A stretch of DNA of 64,000 nucleotides. It comes from Amoebidium appalachense. Its lineage: Eukaryota; Protista; Ichthyosporea. The stretch spans positions 7,842,454 through 7,906,453 of the forward strand of contig CAVNZM010000002.1 in assembly GCA_963693365.1 (NCBI GenBank). The letters run 5' to 3'. Positions 13,832 to 28,200 of the stretch are shown here, one piece after another. Position 1 is the first letter of the stretch. Every line of letters starts with the position of its first letter. Below the pieces are notes generated by a model. It was not told the DNA's origin. It did no database searches and worked only from the letters and a program-made list of their open reading frames with translations. The position numbers and the translations under genes were made by a program.

Positions 13832-14677
13832 TAGCTCTCTACCACAGAGAGACACCAAGGCTATATGCTTTTGCCATACCACAGGTCCCCCCTCTCTCTC
13901 CGCGCCCCCCTCCCCCCTCTTCCCCCCCACAACTTACTACTACCCACCTCCCCGTTTCAAAATCAAGACTCCCTTGGCGTTATCACGTGCGCACGCAAAT
14001 TCCGGGGAAAGAACGGTTTTACCGGGTACCCCCTCGAGATAGTGTTTGGATATGTAGGTAGCACGTACTAATTGTTCTGGGTGAGGGTGAAAGCACATAC
14101 AGGAGCAGAGCCCGTGCTAATTATTGACCAGTTGGGACTTTTCCAAAAACAGACCCCAGGAGCCAACCTAATCCTACTTCACAATTTGGAATGATCACGG
14201 ATTCCACACAGATTGCTGGTATTTGTTTACATTCCTTAGGAGATGGACAACTCATGGACGAGAGCCGATGGCATCCAGCCAACATTCACCTTTGCTCCTG
14301 ATTTTTACCTTCATTGATAACTAAGAGTACAAAGCAGTATAAGAGTAAAGTAAAAATAGTGCTTTCTTCAATAGAAGTTTCTCCAAGACCAGTGCCTCGC
14401 AACGGCCTCTCAGTTTGATAACCCTGGAATGGTAGGATTACCATTCCAGGATTACCATTCCAGGGATGACAAAAAGCACGGTGACAACAGTGATAAGAAT
14501 GATCAGTACGCAGAAAGGGAGTAGGAAATAAAGCAGAAACGAGACATAAAAGCACCAGAAAACACTTGGGGAATGGATAATGTTCGAGGCAGGCCAGATA
14601 GTTCTCTTTTGTAGCTGCCGAGGGGACCCTCCTTCGGGCGCAAACATTTTGAAACAACAAACTTTAGAAAGCATCTG

Positions 14678-14765
14678 ATTGGTAGATCTGGTTCGCTCGT
14701 AGCGATTGGATAGCACCTTATCGCCTTTTGTGATTGGATGTGTGGTCTGTGCGACAGGTATATAA
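14678..14765 (+). promoter_or_regulatory. Promoter of copy C: three inverted CCAAT boxes plus TATA
   Basis: ATTGG at 14678, 14705 and 14733; TATATAA at 14759. Confidence 0.6.
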
Positions 14766-14852
14766 TTGAGCACCCACTCACTTGAAGAAGACATCGCAGC
14801 CGATTGACTATCTTGTTGTTTGTGTTCCGGCCGGCAGCCATCACCTACCATC

Positions 14853-17237
<2,385 letters not shown>

Positions 17238-18975
17238 TTAATAATTAGGATGCACGCGTTTTCCGTGCACTGGATGCTTTGAATCGGAAGGCCTTCGGAA
17301 AGTAGAACTGTAAAGAATAACCAGTTGAATGGATCAAGGATAATCAAATATGCCGCAACAGTGGAATCACAATCGTGGTTGGTTCAAGTTAAGGTTCCAC
17401 AGGCATACTGCATTGTAACCGGAACGTTTTTGTACTTAGAAGAAAGAAAGGAAGGTGACACACGTGTGTAGCAAAGTGTAACGATGATTAAAACTAATGC
17501 AACAGTGAACACGTTTGAATTTGAAAATGAAGTTAGAAAGATACCACCGTGTAGCTTCACTTAAATGGTGATTGAAATTCGAAACATGCGCATAGTCTGC
17601 GGCGGGACATATGTTCACACTTCCGGGTATAATAAACTTTGGAAAGAACATGGTACCCCCGGGGCTGCTTGCTGAAGCAATAGTGAATTTTGCACGGACA
17701 AAGTCAGTGCAGGACTGTTAGCAATTTAATCCCGCCCAGTTAAAATTAAATATTAAATTTTATGGTCTTGCAGTTTTAACATTAGATATTCTACAGACAC
17801 CAGGCGCACAAACAAAACGAACCGTGTGTACATATGCTCTTAGAGATGACAGTACATAGTTTTTGTCGAATTTGGTTGTTATCGGGGGTTTGGGCACGCC
17901 CGCCACACAACTTGTAGACATGATTGTGTATGGCACAATCGTGTACACTCCCTCCCTTAGCAAGGAATGCTGTGCACGCCAGTCTACGTTGGTGATCAGT
18001 GATGATCGGAAGATATGCACACAGGCCTGTGGGCAGCATATCGATATCATGATCCTAACAGTGGCCCCGTGAGGGTGGGCCACAACCGAGAACTCGTAAC
18101 CAGGTACTGGTTAGTTCCGGTTTAACTATTTACTAATAGTGCACCAATCCATGCAGAGAATAAACACGAGTGGTTGCTAATAAAGATCTCCACGAGGTTC
18201 TTATCCAATCATGGCCGGAGAAACGTGAGCTGGAGGCCAGTCTTAACCAACGGATAGGGAGCCTAGAGGATGGTTAAAAGATGGCAGACAGATGTGTTTA
18301 TTAATGTGCATAAGTGGAGAGTGGGTAGCACATGTACTCGGAAACACAATAGTCCAAAGACTAAACCTTACTGGTTGTAGTATAGTATTAGTAATATATA
18401 TTGAGTACCGTTGTGTGTAGAGAGATGTTTGTACATTGTGAATGTGCATATGTTGTAGATATAGGAAGATAAGTGGGTAGCCTGGGTATATATTATCTAT
18501 AAACATGACTATCTCCGTACATGCAAATTTTTTGTCCACTCTTGGAAGCTGTGGGCTCCCTAATGCGCGGGTATGACACCCCCACACACTAGACCTCAGC
18601 CGCCTATGAGCATATCTGCTCACTTGCTCACGCTTGGTCAAAGTTTGCAAGTTTTGGACATTAGCTATCACAAGCACAAGCCAATCAAAATTTTCATGGA
18701 TCTCAAAGGGGAGTACTTCCCAAAGGCGATTTCTGATTTGTCATTGGTGAGATGCACACCGAACATCATTTTGACCTGGCCCGAAACTTTGAGGAATTCG
18801 GCCTAAAAGAAACCCCCTTTAATATAGAGCCCCCTTCCCAATCCCCCCCCCCCCCCCCCAACACCAAAATAAATAACTGAAAATCGGCCTAAAAGAAACC
18901 ACCTTTAAATTGGACCCCCCCCCCCCCCCCCGCCCCACCACCACCACCACCACCACACACACACACACACACACA

Positions 18976-19059
<84 letters not shown>

Positions 19060-19693
19060 CAAGCAGTAAATCAAAATGCTGACGCCCGGAACTAATAGAC
19101 TGAGCTCGAGGCCCCGTCTGCTCTCCGGACGAACCCCCCCCCCCCCCCCCCCTCTCCCCTCCCCCCCCCCCCCCCCCCCCCTTCCCCCCCCCCTCCCCCT
19201 CCTCCCCCCCTGTCCCACCAGGGTGGCTGATTTCGAAAATTAGATAGCTGTGGGTTGAAACCGTTACGGTACTCAGTATTTTGTTTGTGTTTCGAGTTGT
19301 GTTTCGAGAGTCTAGCATCAGATGATTTGCAATTGTGGGCGATTTTCAAGGATCCGGCAATATATACCACATCGGGAATCAACACCCTAAAAATAAGTAC
19401 AGCTACCTATTGAGGGAGCTCTTATTTTTCCGTGGATGAAAAAAAAGAGGGAGAAAAAAAGAAACAACTACATTTTTTCATACATCGGCTGAAGGGCACG
19501 CTCAGGATGTACGTACACGTGCCAGCTCTAAATGGTGTCTTGAGTACCGGTACCGTGCACGTGAGCCGTGACAAGGATTTACCGATCTGTAATAAAATCC
19601 AATTTTTAAAAAAGATTTACCGTGCAAAAGAACCGTGCAGAAGATATGCCAGGCATTTTTTTTTAATATATATTCTTATTAGTATTTTATTTT

Positions 19694-19728
<35 letters not shown>

Positions 19729-20024
19729 CGCGCGCGCGTGTGTGTGTACGTGCGTTGCAAGGGAACAAGGGTGGGGGAGCGGAGGGAGGGAGGGAGGGGA
19801 GGGGGGGGGGGGGGGGGGAGGGGGGAGGGAGTGAGGGAGGGAGAGGGAGGGAGGGAGGGTTGGGGGGGAGGGGGGGGGGGGGGGGGGAGGGAGTTATGAG
19901 GGCCAGGGCAAAGAAATGCAATAATTATTGATGAGCATCATGCGGTTTTGTGTGTGCGGAGAGTACATAGCTGACTGATAGGCTGATAGTGGTGCACAGG
20001 TCAATTATACGCACCAAGCCCACA

Positions 20025-20260
20025 GGAATACGGTGCAGGAATTGAATACGGTGCAGGAAAAATACCATGCTGAAATACGGTGCAGGTTCCGGAAGTGAAT
20101 ACGGTGCAGAAATTGAATACGGTGCAGGAACTGAATACGGTGCAGGACGAATAAAATGCAGAAATACGATGCAGGTTCCGGAATTGAATACGGTGCAGAA
20201 ATTGAATACGGTATGTACAGGAAAAATGTTGTGCAGATACGGGGAAGAACTACGATACAG
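20025..20260. repeat. Minisatellite of GAATACGGTGCAG-type units (about 18-bp spacing)
   Basis: Around ten exact or degenerate copies of AATACGGTGCAG(G/A)A downstream of the FNT gene. Confidence 0.85.
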
Positions 20261-20789
20261 GTCTGGAGGAGAGCAAATTAAAGCCTCTCATACCAAAGCA
20301 CTCCATGAGAAAGGGTTTGACTGCGAAAGTTAGGCTGTAACTTGAACTAAGCAAACATGAATAAAGTTGATCAGCAGCCATGGTGGACCAAGTATCGGAA
20401 AGCCAGATATCGCAGAAATTAAAGCAATGTCACAGGGAGATGCAAGAGAAGGGGTTCAAACAAAAAACACTGATCAACTGCTCATGGCATCTGATTGATT
20501 TTCAAATTATTCAATGGTCGCCGTGCGCCAGGCACATACGCGAGTGTTTCTTTGGAGCTGTACAAACCATACAGAAAGAGATAGAATAGAATCGCTGTAA
20601 CTACCCTAAAGCCACTATACCGTATCGAGACACTACACAACTAAGCAATTAAAGCACGCCAGAGCTATTTTCATTCAACGGTGTCAAAACTGCACCGACT
20701 AATAGATCACTTCGTAACATTCGCCTACTGGTACCACTATTCTTAGTCATTCACCTGCCTAATTTGGCAAGTCTTGCAACCTGCCTATA

Positions 20790-21767
20790 TTAGCAACTCA
20801 TGTGCGCTGTGCACCGGCGGGTAACCGGTGCCGGCAGCTGATTATGCCATCTCGTCTTTTTCTCGACGATAGAGTATGCCACACTCACGAGAAGTGATCC
20901 AACAAAGTTACCAACAGTTACAGGAATAATGTTACGGTAGAGCATCTCACCGATGTTGTAATCACAACCAATCATCAGACCAAGAGGAAGGAAAAACATG
21001 TTTGCGACACAGTGGTCAAATCCAATGGCAACAAAGGCAGCGATGGGGGGCCAAACACCGATAGCTTTTCCAGCGAGATCGTGTGCAGATGATGCCAAGA
21101 AGATGGCCAGAGCAACAAGCCAGTTGCAGAAAATCCCCTTTGCAAACGCGACATCAATCGGCTGGTGAACCTTGTGCTCGAAATAGGGCTTTGCAGCCTC
21201 TGCATAGGGCCCGCTCACAACATCCGTCCAGTAGACCATACCCGCAAGCCACAGAGACCCCACAAAGTTCATCACCCACACGAGGGAAATGTTACCAATC
21301 ATCTGCTTGGCGCTGATGCGACGGTCGAGCCAGCCAGAGAACACAAGCACGTTCGACGTGTACAGTTCGGCACCCGTAACGACAATCGCAAACAGGCCGA
21401 CGGGAAACACCATGCCGAAAACGAGTTTTTGGAGCCCGGGATTATCGGCCTTGGCAGCGGGCATTGTGCCACACATGAGCGACAGCAGGCCACCCAAACC
21501 GATGTATGCGCCAGCCAGGAAGGCGTGGATTAGTGTGTCATTCCACTTGTGGTTTGCCTTAGCAACGGCAGTTTTTACCATCGCCTCAAACGTGTCATGT
21601 GGTGTTGTGTATGACCCTACGGCCCACCTTCCCACCGGAGTAAGGGGCGCACCGGGGGCAAGAGGTGTAGTGCTGCTACTTGCATTGCTCATGTCCTCCT
21701 TCCCCGTTTGGGTGGCAGGGGAAAGAGGGGGGGTCATTTCCATGTTTGATGTCTGTTCTGTATTCAT
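20790..21767 (-). CDS. Formate/nitrite transporter (FNT family), intronless
   Basis: Single ORF, first ATG at 21767 (325 aa). FNT motifs AFLAGAYIGLG, VFPVGL...GAELYTSN, NFVG, KGIFCNWLV, FVAIGFDHCVANMF, PVTVGNFVG. Confidence 0.95.
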   Translation of the reverse strand: MNTEQTSNMEMTPPLSPATQTGKEDMSNASSSTTPLAPGAPLTPVGRWAVGSYTTPHDTFEAMVKTAVAKANHKWNDTLIHAFLAGAYIGLGGLLSLMCGTMPAAKADNPGLQKLVFGMVFPVGLFAIVVTGAELYTSNVLVFSGWLDRRISAKQMIGNISLVWVMNFVGSLWLAGMVYWTDVVSGPYAEAAKPYFEHKVHQPIDVAFAKGIFCNWLVALAIFLASSAHDLAGKAIGVWPPIAAFVAIGFDHCVANMFFLPLGLMIGCDYNIGEMLYRNIIPVTVGNFVGSLLVSVAYSIVEKKTRWHNQLPAPVTRRCTAHMSC

Positions 21768-23191
21768 GTCTGATCCTTTTGCTTGCGCTATGGCGCTAAT
21801 GTACACACCAATATGTGTTAATGGAGAGGTTTAAAACTCGATTATGAAACAAAGAATCTTGCGTAAAGTTTTCAGCGAAACATGTTGAGTTCAGTCAGAC
21901 TGGGCGTAATGAGGGGAGCGTGGCTATTATAAGGCGCCGGTTTTGTGTAGGACTTAGAGCCAATCACACGGCGCCTAAACACGTGAACGCTGATTGGACA
22001 GAACATCTACATTCTGTCAGGGTTGTCGTCATGATCCTGCTAAACCCAAAGTTTATTGGGTATTGCTCATGGAATCAATTTGCCGCTATTTGGATCTTCT
22101 GGACGATCCCCGAATGAACATGTGCGAGAGGCGGAGTCATCTTGGAGAGACACAAAATTCGTCGTTATGATGGCGGTAGAGCATAGAACCTTTCAAATTA
22201 TTACAGAAGTTAATGTGGGTTTCAAAAACTGAAAGAGATGTATTGCACATAGCACACATGTGCCCTGCTCGACGATGTCAGGCGACCCACCCAGCCAGGC
22301 GGATGAGCCAAATTTAGAATTAGAAATCGCCCACGCGACGCTCCCCGCGAAGTTTCTCGCATTCCACAGCCGAAAGAATGAGGTCTCCCTCCACCCCAAC
22401 AACGATTCCTGTTGTACTACAATGTAAAAGAAAATTCTCATTGCTGCTGTCGTCAGTGGCCCTTTGTGGTGAGAGTCGACTAAAGTAAGCTCTAGATTGT
22501 TTCATGTTTTAGAATAATTATATATAGGCTTTCAGAACTTATAGACATTTCAGCTGTATTAATATTCACGATGCGGCGGTTCAAATGTTGATCGATCATG
22601 CATGGCGGAGTCCGGATCCGTTACTATGTTCACTTAACGAGTTTTCTCGGGTGTATGATTATCTAAATCGTAATCTTCTCCGTATCCATGAGTTAAATGC
22701 TTTTGTCTCTTCTCAATAAAATATTTGTGATATCTCGGTTGTTTCTGTTTGAAGGGAATATCAATAAAACCATGATAAATAAAATCTCTTCAACTTGTCG
22801 AAGTTGTCGTGGCAAAAATTAAATGCTTGACAAAAATATAGGGGGAAAGCTGCCGGTAAAGAGGCAGTTCCTCGCCAAATTATCATCACCAATCGACAAG
22901 CTTTATTCTGCTCAAAACGCATACCATTTGATAATAAGCTTACTTGATTGGCTCATTGTCATAGCTCTAGTTTTCTTAGAGCACTTCGATCATAAATATG
23001 CAGTCTACAGTACTATTGGCGACAAATCACGAGTGAGCCTCATGAACAGGCGATTGTTGAACCGTTCAGCCGCTAGAAAACGGCGGAAATCCTATTTTTA
23101 GCCGATCATTTAGCCCCAGGGCTTTTGGAAGGGTAACTTTCAAAGTTACCCATTTCTGCGGAGCTCAGAACTTTTTTCGCCGACGCGCTAA

Positions 23192-24192
23192 GGGCCTGTT
23201 TGGCAACGCAGAGTTAGCGGCCATACTCCGGAGTAAGATCGATTTTGGAGTTAGGGCTAAAGCGGATTTTCTGAAACCCGCGATGCCAAACAGACGGCCC
23301 AATCTAGGCCTGTGTACGCCGGGTTTCAAACCCCTTGGACATCGCTTGTACTCCAATTTCTATAGTCCACCTCCGGAGGTGGATTATGCGCGAAATATTC
23401 AACGCCGTGTGAAGGTGTAAACCAATGAAAATTCGTGTCGTGAGACCTTTTTACATTTCTCTCTCGGCCAATTGGCGGCAGTGCAATATAGCCAAAAACA
23501 GTTAAAGTGGAAAAGACGCCAAACGGAAAGTCCGTTGTCACCGGCATGGCCAGCTTGCTGGTGAGCCTGCGACAGCCCGAGCGCAGGCTGCGACCAGCCA
23601 CACACAGCCGGCCACGTGTGGTAGGTCGTATAAAAACAAGCCCCCCCTCAACTATTCTTCCTCTTCGCGGCCAACTTGTAGGCAACCTTTTTTTTACCAT
23701 TAGACAATCTTTTGCACATCGGTCAAGATTGTCTGAACCGACAGGATGGCTCAGGCTGTAGGGGGAAGCAAAGAATGCAATAATTGCTGCAATTGCGGCC
23801 GAAAGGGCCATGTTTCGTGCTAAATACATAGTGGTTTTGCAACCGGAAACGTTGATGTTGTTATATATGCAAATGGTATCATTACAGTGTATACAAATAC
23901 ATACATACGGGACACTGCACAGTCACTACAAAAAAAATAGTACTGAGTCCTAGGTACGATATACGTGCAAAGTATGCGCACTCCGATCAACGTAAAACTT
24001 GCGCAATGTGACTTGATAAACTAAGCTGCAGCTGAAAAAAGTGTTGTCTGTTTGGCACGAGCGGTTATTATCTACGCCAGGTTATGACCTAAATCCGGAT
24101 TACAAATCAGAATCTGGATACTGATTTGATACCCGGCGTCACGTTATACGGTCTACGCCGGAGTTCGTAACTCCGCGTTGCCAAACAGGCCC
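23192..24192. mobile_element. Non-autonomous PIF/Harbinger (Tourist-like) element, 1001 bp
   Basis: TIRs GGGCCTGTTTGGCAACGC / GCGTTGCCAAACAGGCCC; TAA TSD at 23189-23191 and 24193-24195. Confidence 0.9.
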
Positions 24193-24398
24193 TAAGGCAT
24201 AAAAGATACTGGCAGGCGAATGCGGGGCTCCCGTCTGCTAGATGGGGCCGGTGGCTCATGCCCCTCGCGCAGGTACAATCCAAAACTGTTATGAGAAAAC
24301 GAATGTTGAAGAGAGTGTGTGTTTGTGATCCACGTCCTGTGTGTGTGCATGTGCTCATGTGTGTACACGTGTGTGCGTGTGTGTGTTCCTATGTGTAT

Positions 24399-25053
24399 TG
24401 TCGTATCCTAATATATGTGTACTAGAGACGCGGCACTCTACTAAGTGTACACACACGAAAAGGAACGAACGTGTATAGAAAAACGGTAAAGTTTATTAAG
24501 ACCAGGCTCCGACGGGCAACTTGAAACTTAGATCCGTACGGATTAAGTCTAAGTTACGACTGAGGCCATCAAGGCCGTGCCCTACAAGATCATCATCACC
24601 TGGCCCCCTACGATGCCACATTCCATTAACATTCCGATCTACTTTTATCGTGCGCCTGCACGAGCTAAGTCGATCTACTCAACTAATATATTTATCCAAG
24701 TCCATCAGTCTCACCCCTCACCCTCCCCCTAGTGGCACCGCAGAGTCTAAATCTACATTTCATACTATCCTCCCCCCCCCTCCCTCCCCCCCTTTCCTCT
24801 ACATCTACATATATAAATACGTTTGGCAACATATACTATCAAACCTTGCCAATCCTTACAAAAGGGCTTCTGCCCGAACAATCACATTCCTAAGTCCTCC
24901 TGCGATCTATCCTACACACTAATTAGAATTCTATTGGACGGCTGTCCCGGCTGACGTGGTCCAATGCCCTGCGCCGGCAGAGGCAAGATGCACGCAGCTG
25001 TTCAGCTATCTTGAGGCCCCGGACTTGATCTTGATGATCTGTGGACCCGGGCC

Positions 25054-25097
<44 letters not shown>

Positions 25098-25148
25098 ATC
25101 TCGATCGTAGACTTAGGCTAATCTGCTGAGACGGATTAGTATATGTCA
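24399..25148 (-). repeat. 3' LTR of the Gypsy element (750 bp)
   Basis: Direct repeat of 43906-44607, differing by about 2 substitutions, two short indels and C-run length. Confidence 0.95.
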
Positions 25149-25225
25149 ACTCCCCCCCCGGCCCCCGGAAAAGCTGAGTCCCACCTCAGTCACATTACAT
25201 CTAACACCCCCTAAAAAGACATAGA

Positions 25226-28200
25226 TGTAAACAGTTGGACTAGTTAGGATAAGGCAGAGTACAACTGAATCAAAATAAAGACAGAGAACGGGTAGAAAGG
25301 CACACGCGGCCAGGTTGCTTTTACTATGGGCCGACTCAGTCTGTCTCAAGACTTCACTGATGTGATCCCCGTACTGGGACGGCTTTCTTATATAGCCCCC
25401 AGGTTTCGGATCAAGGCCCAGGATTGGTTCATCCGCGGCCAGCGCGGGTGGCAACATGCCATTCGTGATTCTGGTGCGGTCCGAGCCAGTCAGACCTTTG
25501 TCCTATTTATGCAAACCTCTTATTGGTTCACTTCGTTTATGTGGTATGCAGCGGAAGAACCATATATGGTTCAATTCTTAGGTCAGAGTGAGTCCTATTG
25601 GTGCGGACATAATATTTATGTGATATTCATGACAAAGCACGAATCGTGTGCTAGTAGATCACATTCTTTAGTAAACATGTACAGTTCATGTGTACAGTTG
25701 TTTACACTCCCCCCCTTGTCGGGAGCCTGGTGGTGTCGTTAGACAAGCAAACCACCAGGCTGAGAGGCGATAAACAACCTTCAGCGAGAATTCTTGTGTG
25801 TGCCGAGCTGCTGGACAGAACAGAGCAAGGACGGTGGAATAGAGTTGTGCACGTCTATGAGCACTTCTTCATTTGCCAAAACGTAAATTCATGCAGCATT
25901 CTTCTGTGCTTTCATTTTCGTGGCGAAGATTGTTGCAGAGTGTTCGTGCGAATTGTTCGCTTCGTCTCTGTGCTTGGCTTTTTCTGTAGAAGTAATATTT
26001 TCCTTTTTTTAGGTGTTTTTCCTTTTTAGGAAACTCCGGGACCCGCAGATTCGTTTTCAATTGCGAGTAATTTGGTTGTGTGGATGAATGATCATACCAA
26101 ACATTCGATAATGAATATAACTCAAGCCTTAGGTCACTTCGTAGCTCAGGTAGTGGTGGATAGCTTCAAGGCTTAGCCACTGCTCCTTATCCCGGTTCTA
26201 CCTTAAGACTGTAAGGCGAGTCACCATGGCCGGAAAAGCCACTTCTTTCATGAACAAAGAGCACTTCTTTCCTTTCAGCTTTAACCCTGCATCATCGGAG
26301 CTGGGAAAAACATGAATAAAAATGCCCAAGTGTTCTTCGTTGGGCGGCATAAAGAAATATATCAGCCCGTCAGAATTCGAACCAGTAAAAACCCAGTTCA
26401 TAATTCATAAGAAGAGGGTAGGCAAAGCAAACCTTCTTCAGAAAACACATGCTTCCATTCGTGAGCAGTTTTCGTATCCCATTTGCCAGCCATTTTCGTT
26501 GAGCAGGGGGATTCCAGGCATAATACATTCTTCTGGAGGCTTGGCCTAAAAAGAAAAGTCGTCACAGTCGCCCTTTCTTTTGTAAGCAACTTCGTGAGCG
26601 CGCTTCGTGTTTTCATATCCTCCAGTGCAGGTCTGGATGGTGCCCCATCCTCTGCTTCATTTGTAGGTGGTCCTACTGTTGGTTCTGTTCGTTGTGCGGA
26701 AAACCAAAACCATTCGTGTTCGTGGAACTGCTTTGTGCTGTGCTTGCTTTCGTGTTGGTGTTCATGAAGTTACCCCATTCACACACCTACTACTTTCATA
26801 CATCAGACGTAAGTAGCTGCCTGGGGAGTGTGTGGTTCGTGTTCGTGGCAATCTTCTGTTCCTTCGTGAGAAGAATATTCGTTTTAGCAGAGGTGCCCAA
26901 TAAGGCAGCTTGTGGGGTTGTCTCCCGCATGTGCCCATTGGTGGGGTATGCACGTGCTAAATTGTTACAGTGTCATCATATTGCAAGGGAATAACATGGT
27001 CACCTCCGTACCAGGGCCTAGGTACACATGATGGTCCGATGTGTTAGTCAACAACACCTTGCATTCGTATTCGTATTCGTCTTCCACGTCACTTTCTTCA
27101 GTAGTGAAGGAGGGTATTCGTAATTCGAAACTGAAAGGCTTCTAGCCAAAATACTGACACTGTATGATGGGGTTGTGAGGGAGCGGTGCCCATACCACAT
27201 TCTTTTGTTCTGGTGGGGGTGTGCCGGCAGCTAGTGCAAGGCTTGACAGTGTAATTGGTATGTTACACAGTATTGCCACAGACGGGCAATTACCTTAAAA
27301 TTCGTACCCAACACCTTCTTTGTTTTTCACATGCATGAACAAAAGTTCTGCATCGACTTTATTACATGCCTTTTGTGCACCAAGAGTGCAAATTCGTTAG
27401 GGCTTGGCACCAGGAAGGGCCGCCATACATGAGGCATATGTTCGTAATGTGTTTAGGCATGCCAGCATACATTCATGCGCATGTTGTGCATCCTGTGCGC
27501 TAAACTATGGGGCATGCTGTATTCGAAAACAGCAAGAAATTCGAAGCATGCATGCAAAACTACTTTCACAGCACCTTATGTCCTCAATGCTATAGGAACA
27601 GCGACTATCTTCTTCTTTAAATGCATTCGTGCTGAAAGTGGCCGTGCATCATGATGATCTGGCTTGCGAGTGTGGACGTGCATGCGGTGGCATGGACACG
27701 ATGACAGTGTGCAATAGCGCAATGCACGCAAGGGCAACGGTTTTCTTTTCTTCGTAACATAGAGGGGGCTGTGTGCATTGCAACCCAAGCAGTGTTGTGC
27801 ATTCGTTCTTTCATTTTCGTATTTCCATTTCATTTTGCTTTCGTTTTTCGTCTTTTGTCGTTTGATAACTTCGTTACTTTGTTTTGTTTTGTGTTGCATT
27901 CATTTCGTATTTCCTCTATGCATTCGCTTGTCGTTAATTCTTTATTTCATTGTGTATTCGTGATGGTTCGTTTTTCGTTGGTTCATTGCTTCGTTAGCAA
28001 TTCTTTATTCGTTTGTTCGTGTATTCGTTGTTTCGTTGTGTATTCGTTTTTCTTCACATTTTTGATGTGTCGTAGCAAAAGAAGTTTTACATGCTTTCAA
28101 TTCTTTCCGTGTAGGTGGGCTGGCCACTTCAAACTTGTAGGTGTATATATTCTAAGCCGGACAAGGAAAGATGTGCCTATCATCGGGGTAAAAAGGATTG

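Larger units (their letters stand above)
7315..13883 (-). mobile_element. Miniature non-autonomous LTR retrotransposon (TRIM-like) with tRNA-like sequence in its LTRs, interrupted by a DNA transposon
   Basis: LTRs 13738-13883 (5') and 7315-7454 (3') read TGTGGTATG...CCATACTTCA on -. 5-bp TSD GGTCC at 7310-7314 and 13884-13888. [14 protein letters not shown] at 7466-7456. PBS TGGTGG/AGGTGC reconstituted across the insertion. Native internal region about 220 bp with no retroelement coding sequence. Confidence 0.9.

Noticed and set aside
23924-23937. CACTACAAAAAAAA CACTA-like terminus
   Set aside because: No partner inverted end found; lies inside the PIF element.
25326-25742. 138-aa ORF, repeated at 28492-28845
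   Set aside because: Antisense ORF within LTRs, no recognisable domain, and broken by a 1-bp indel between copies.
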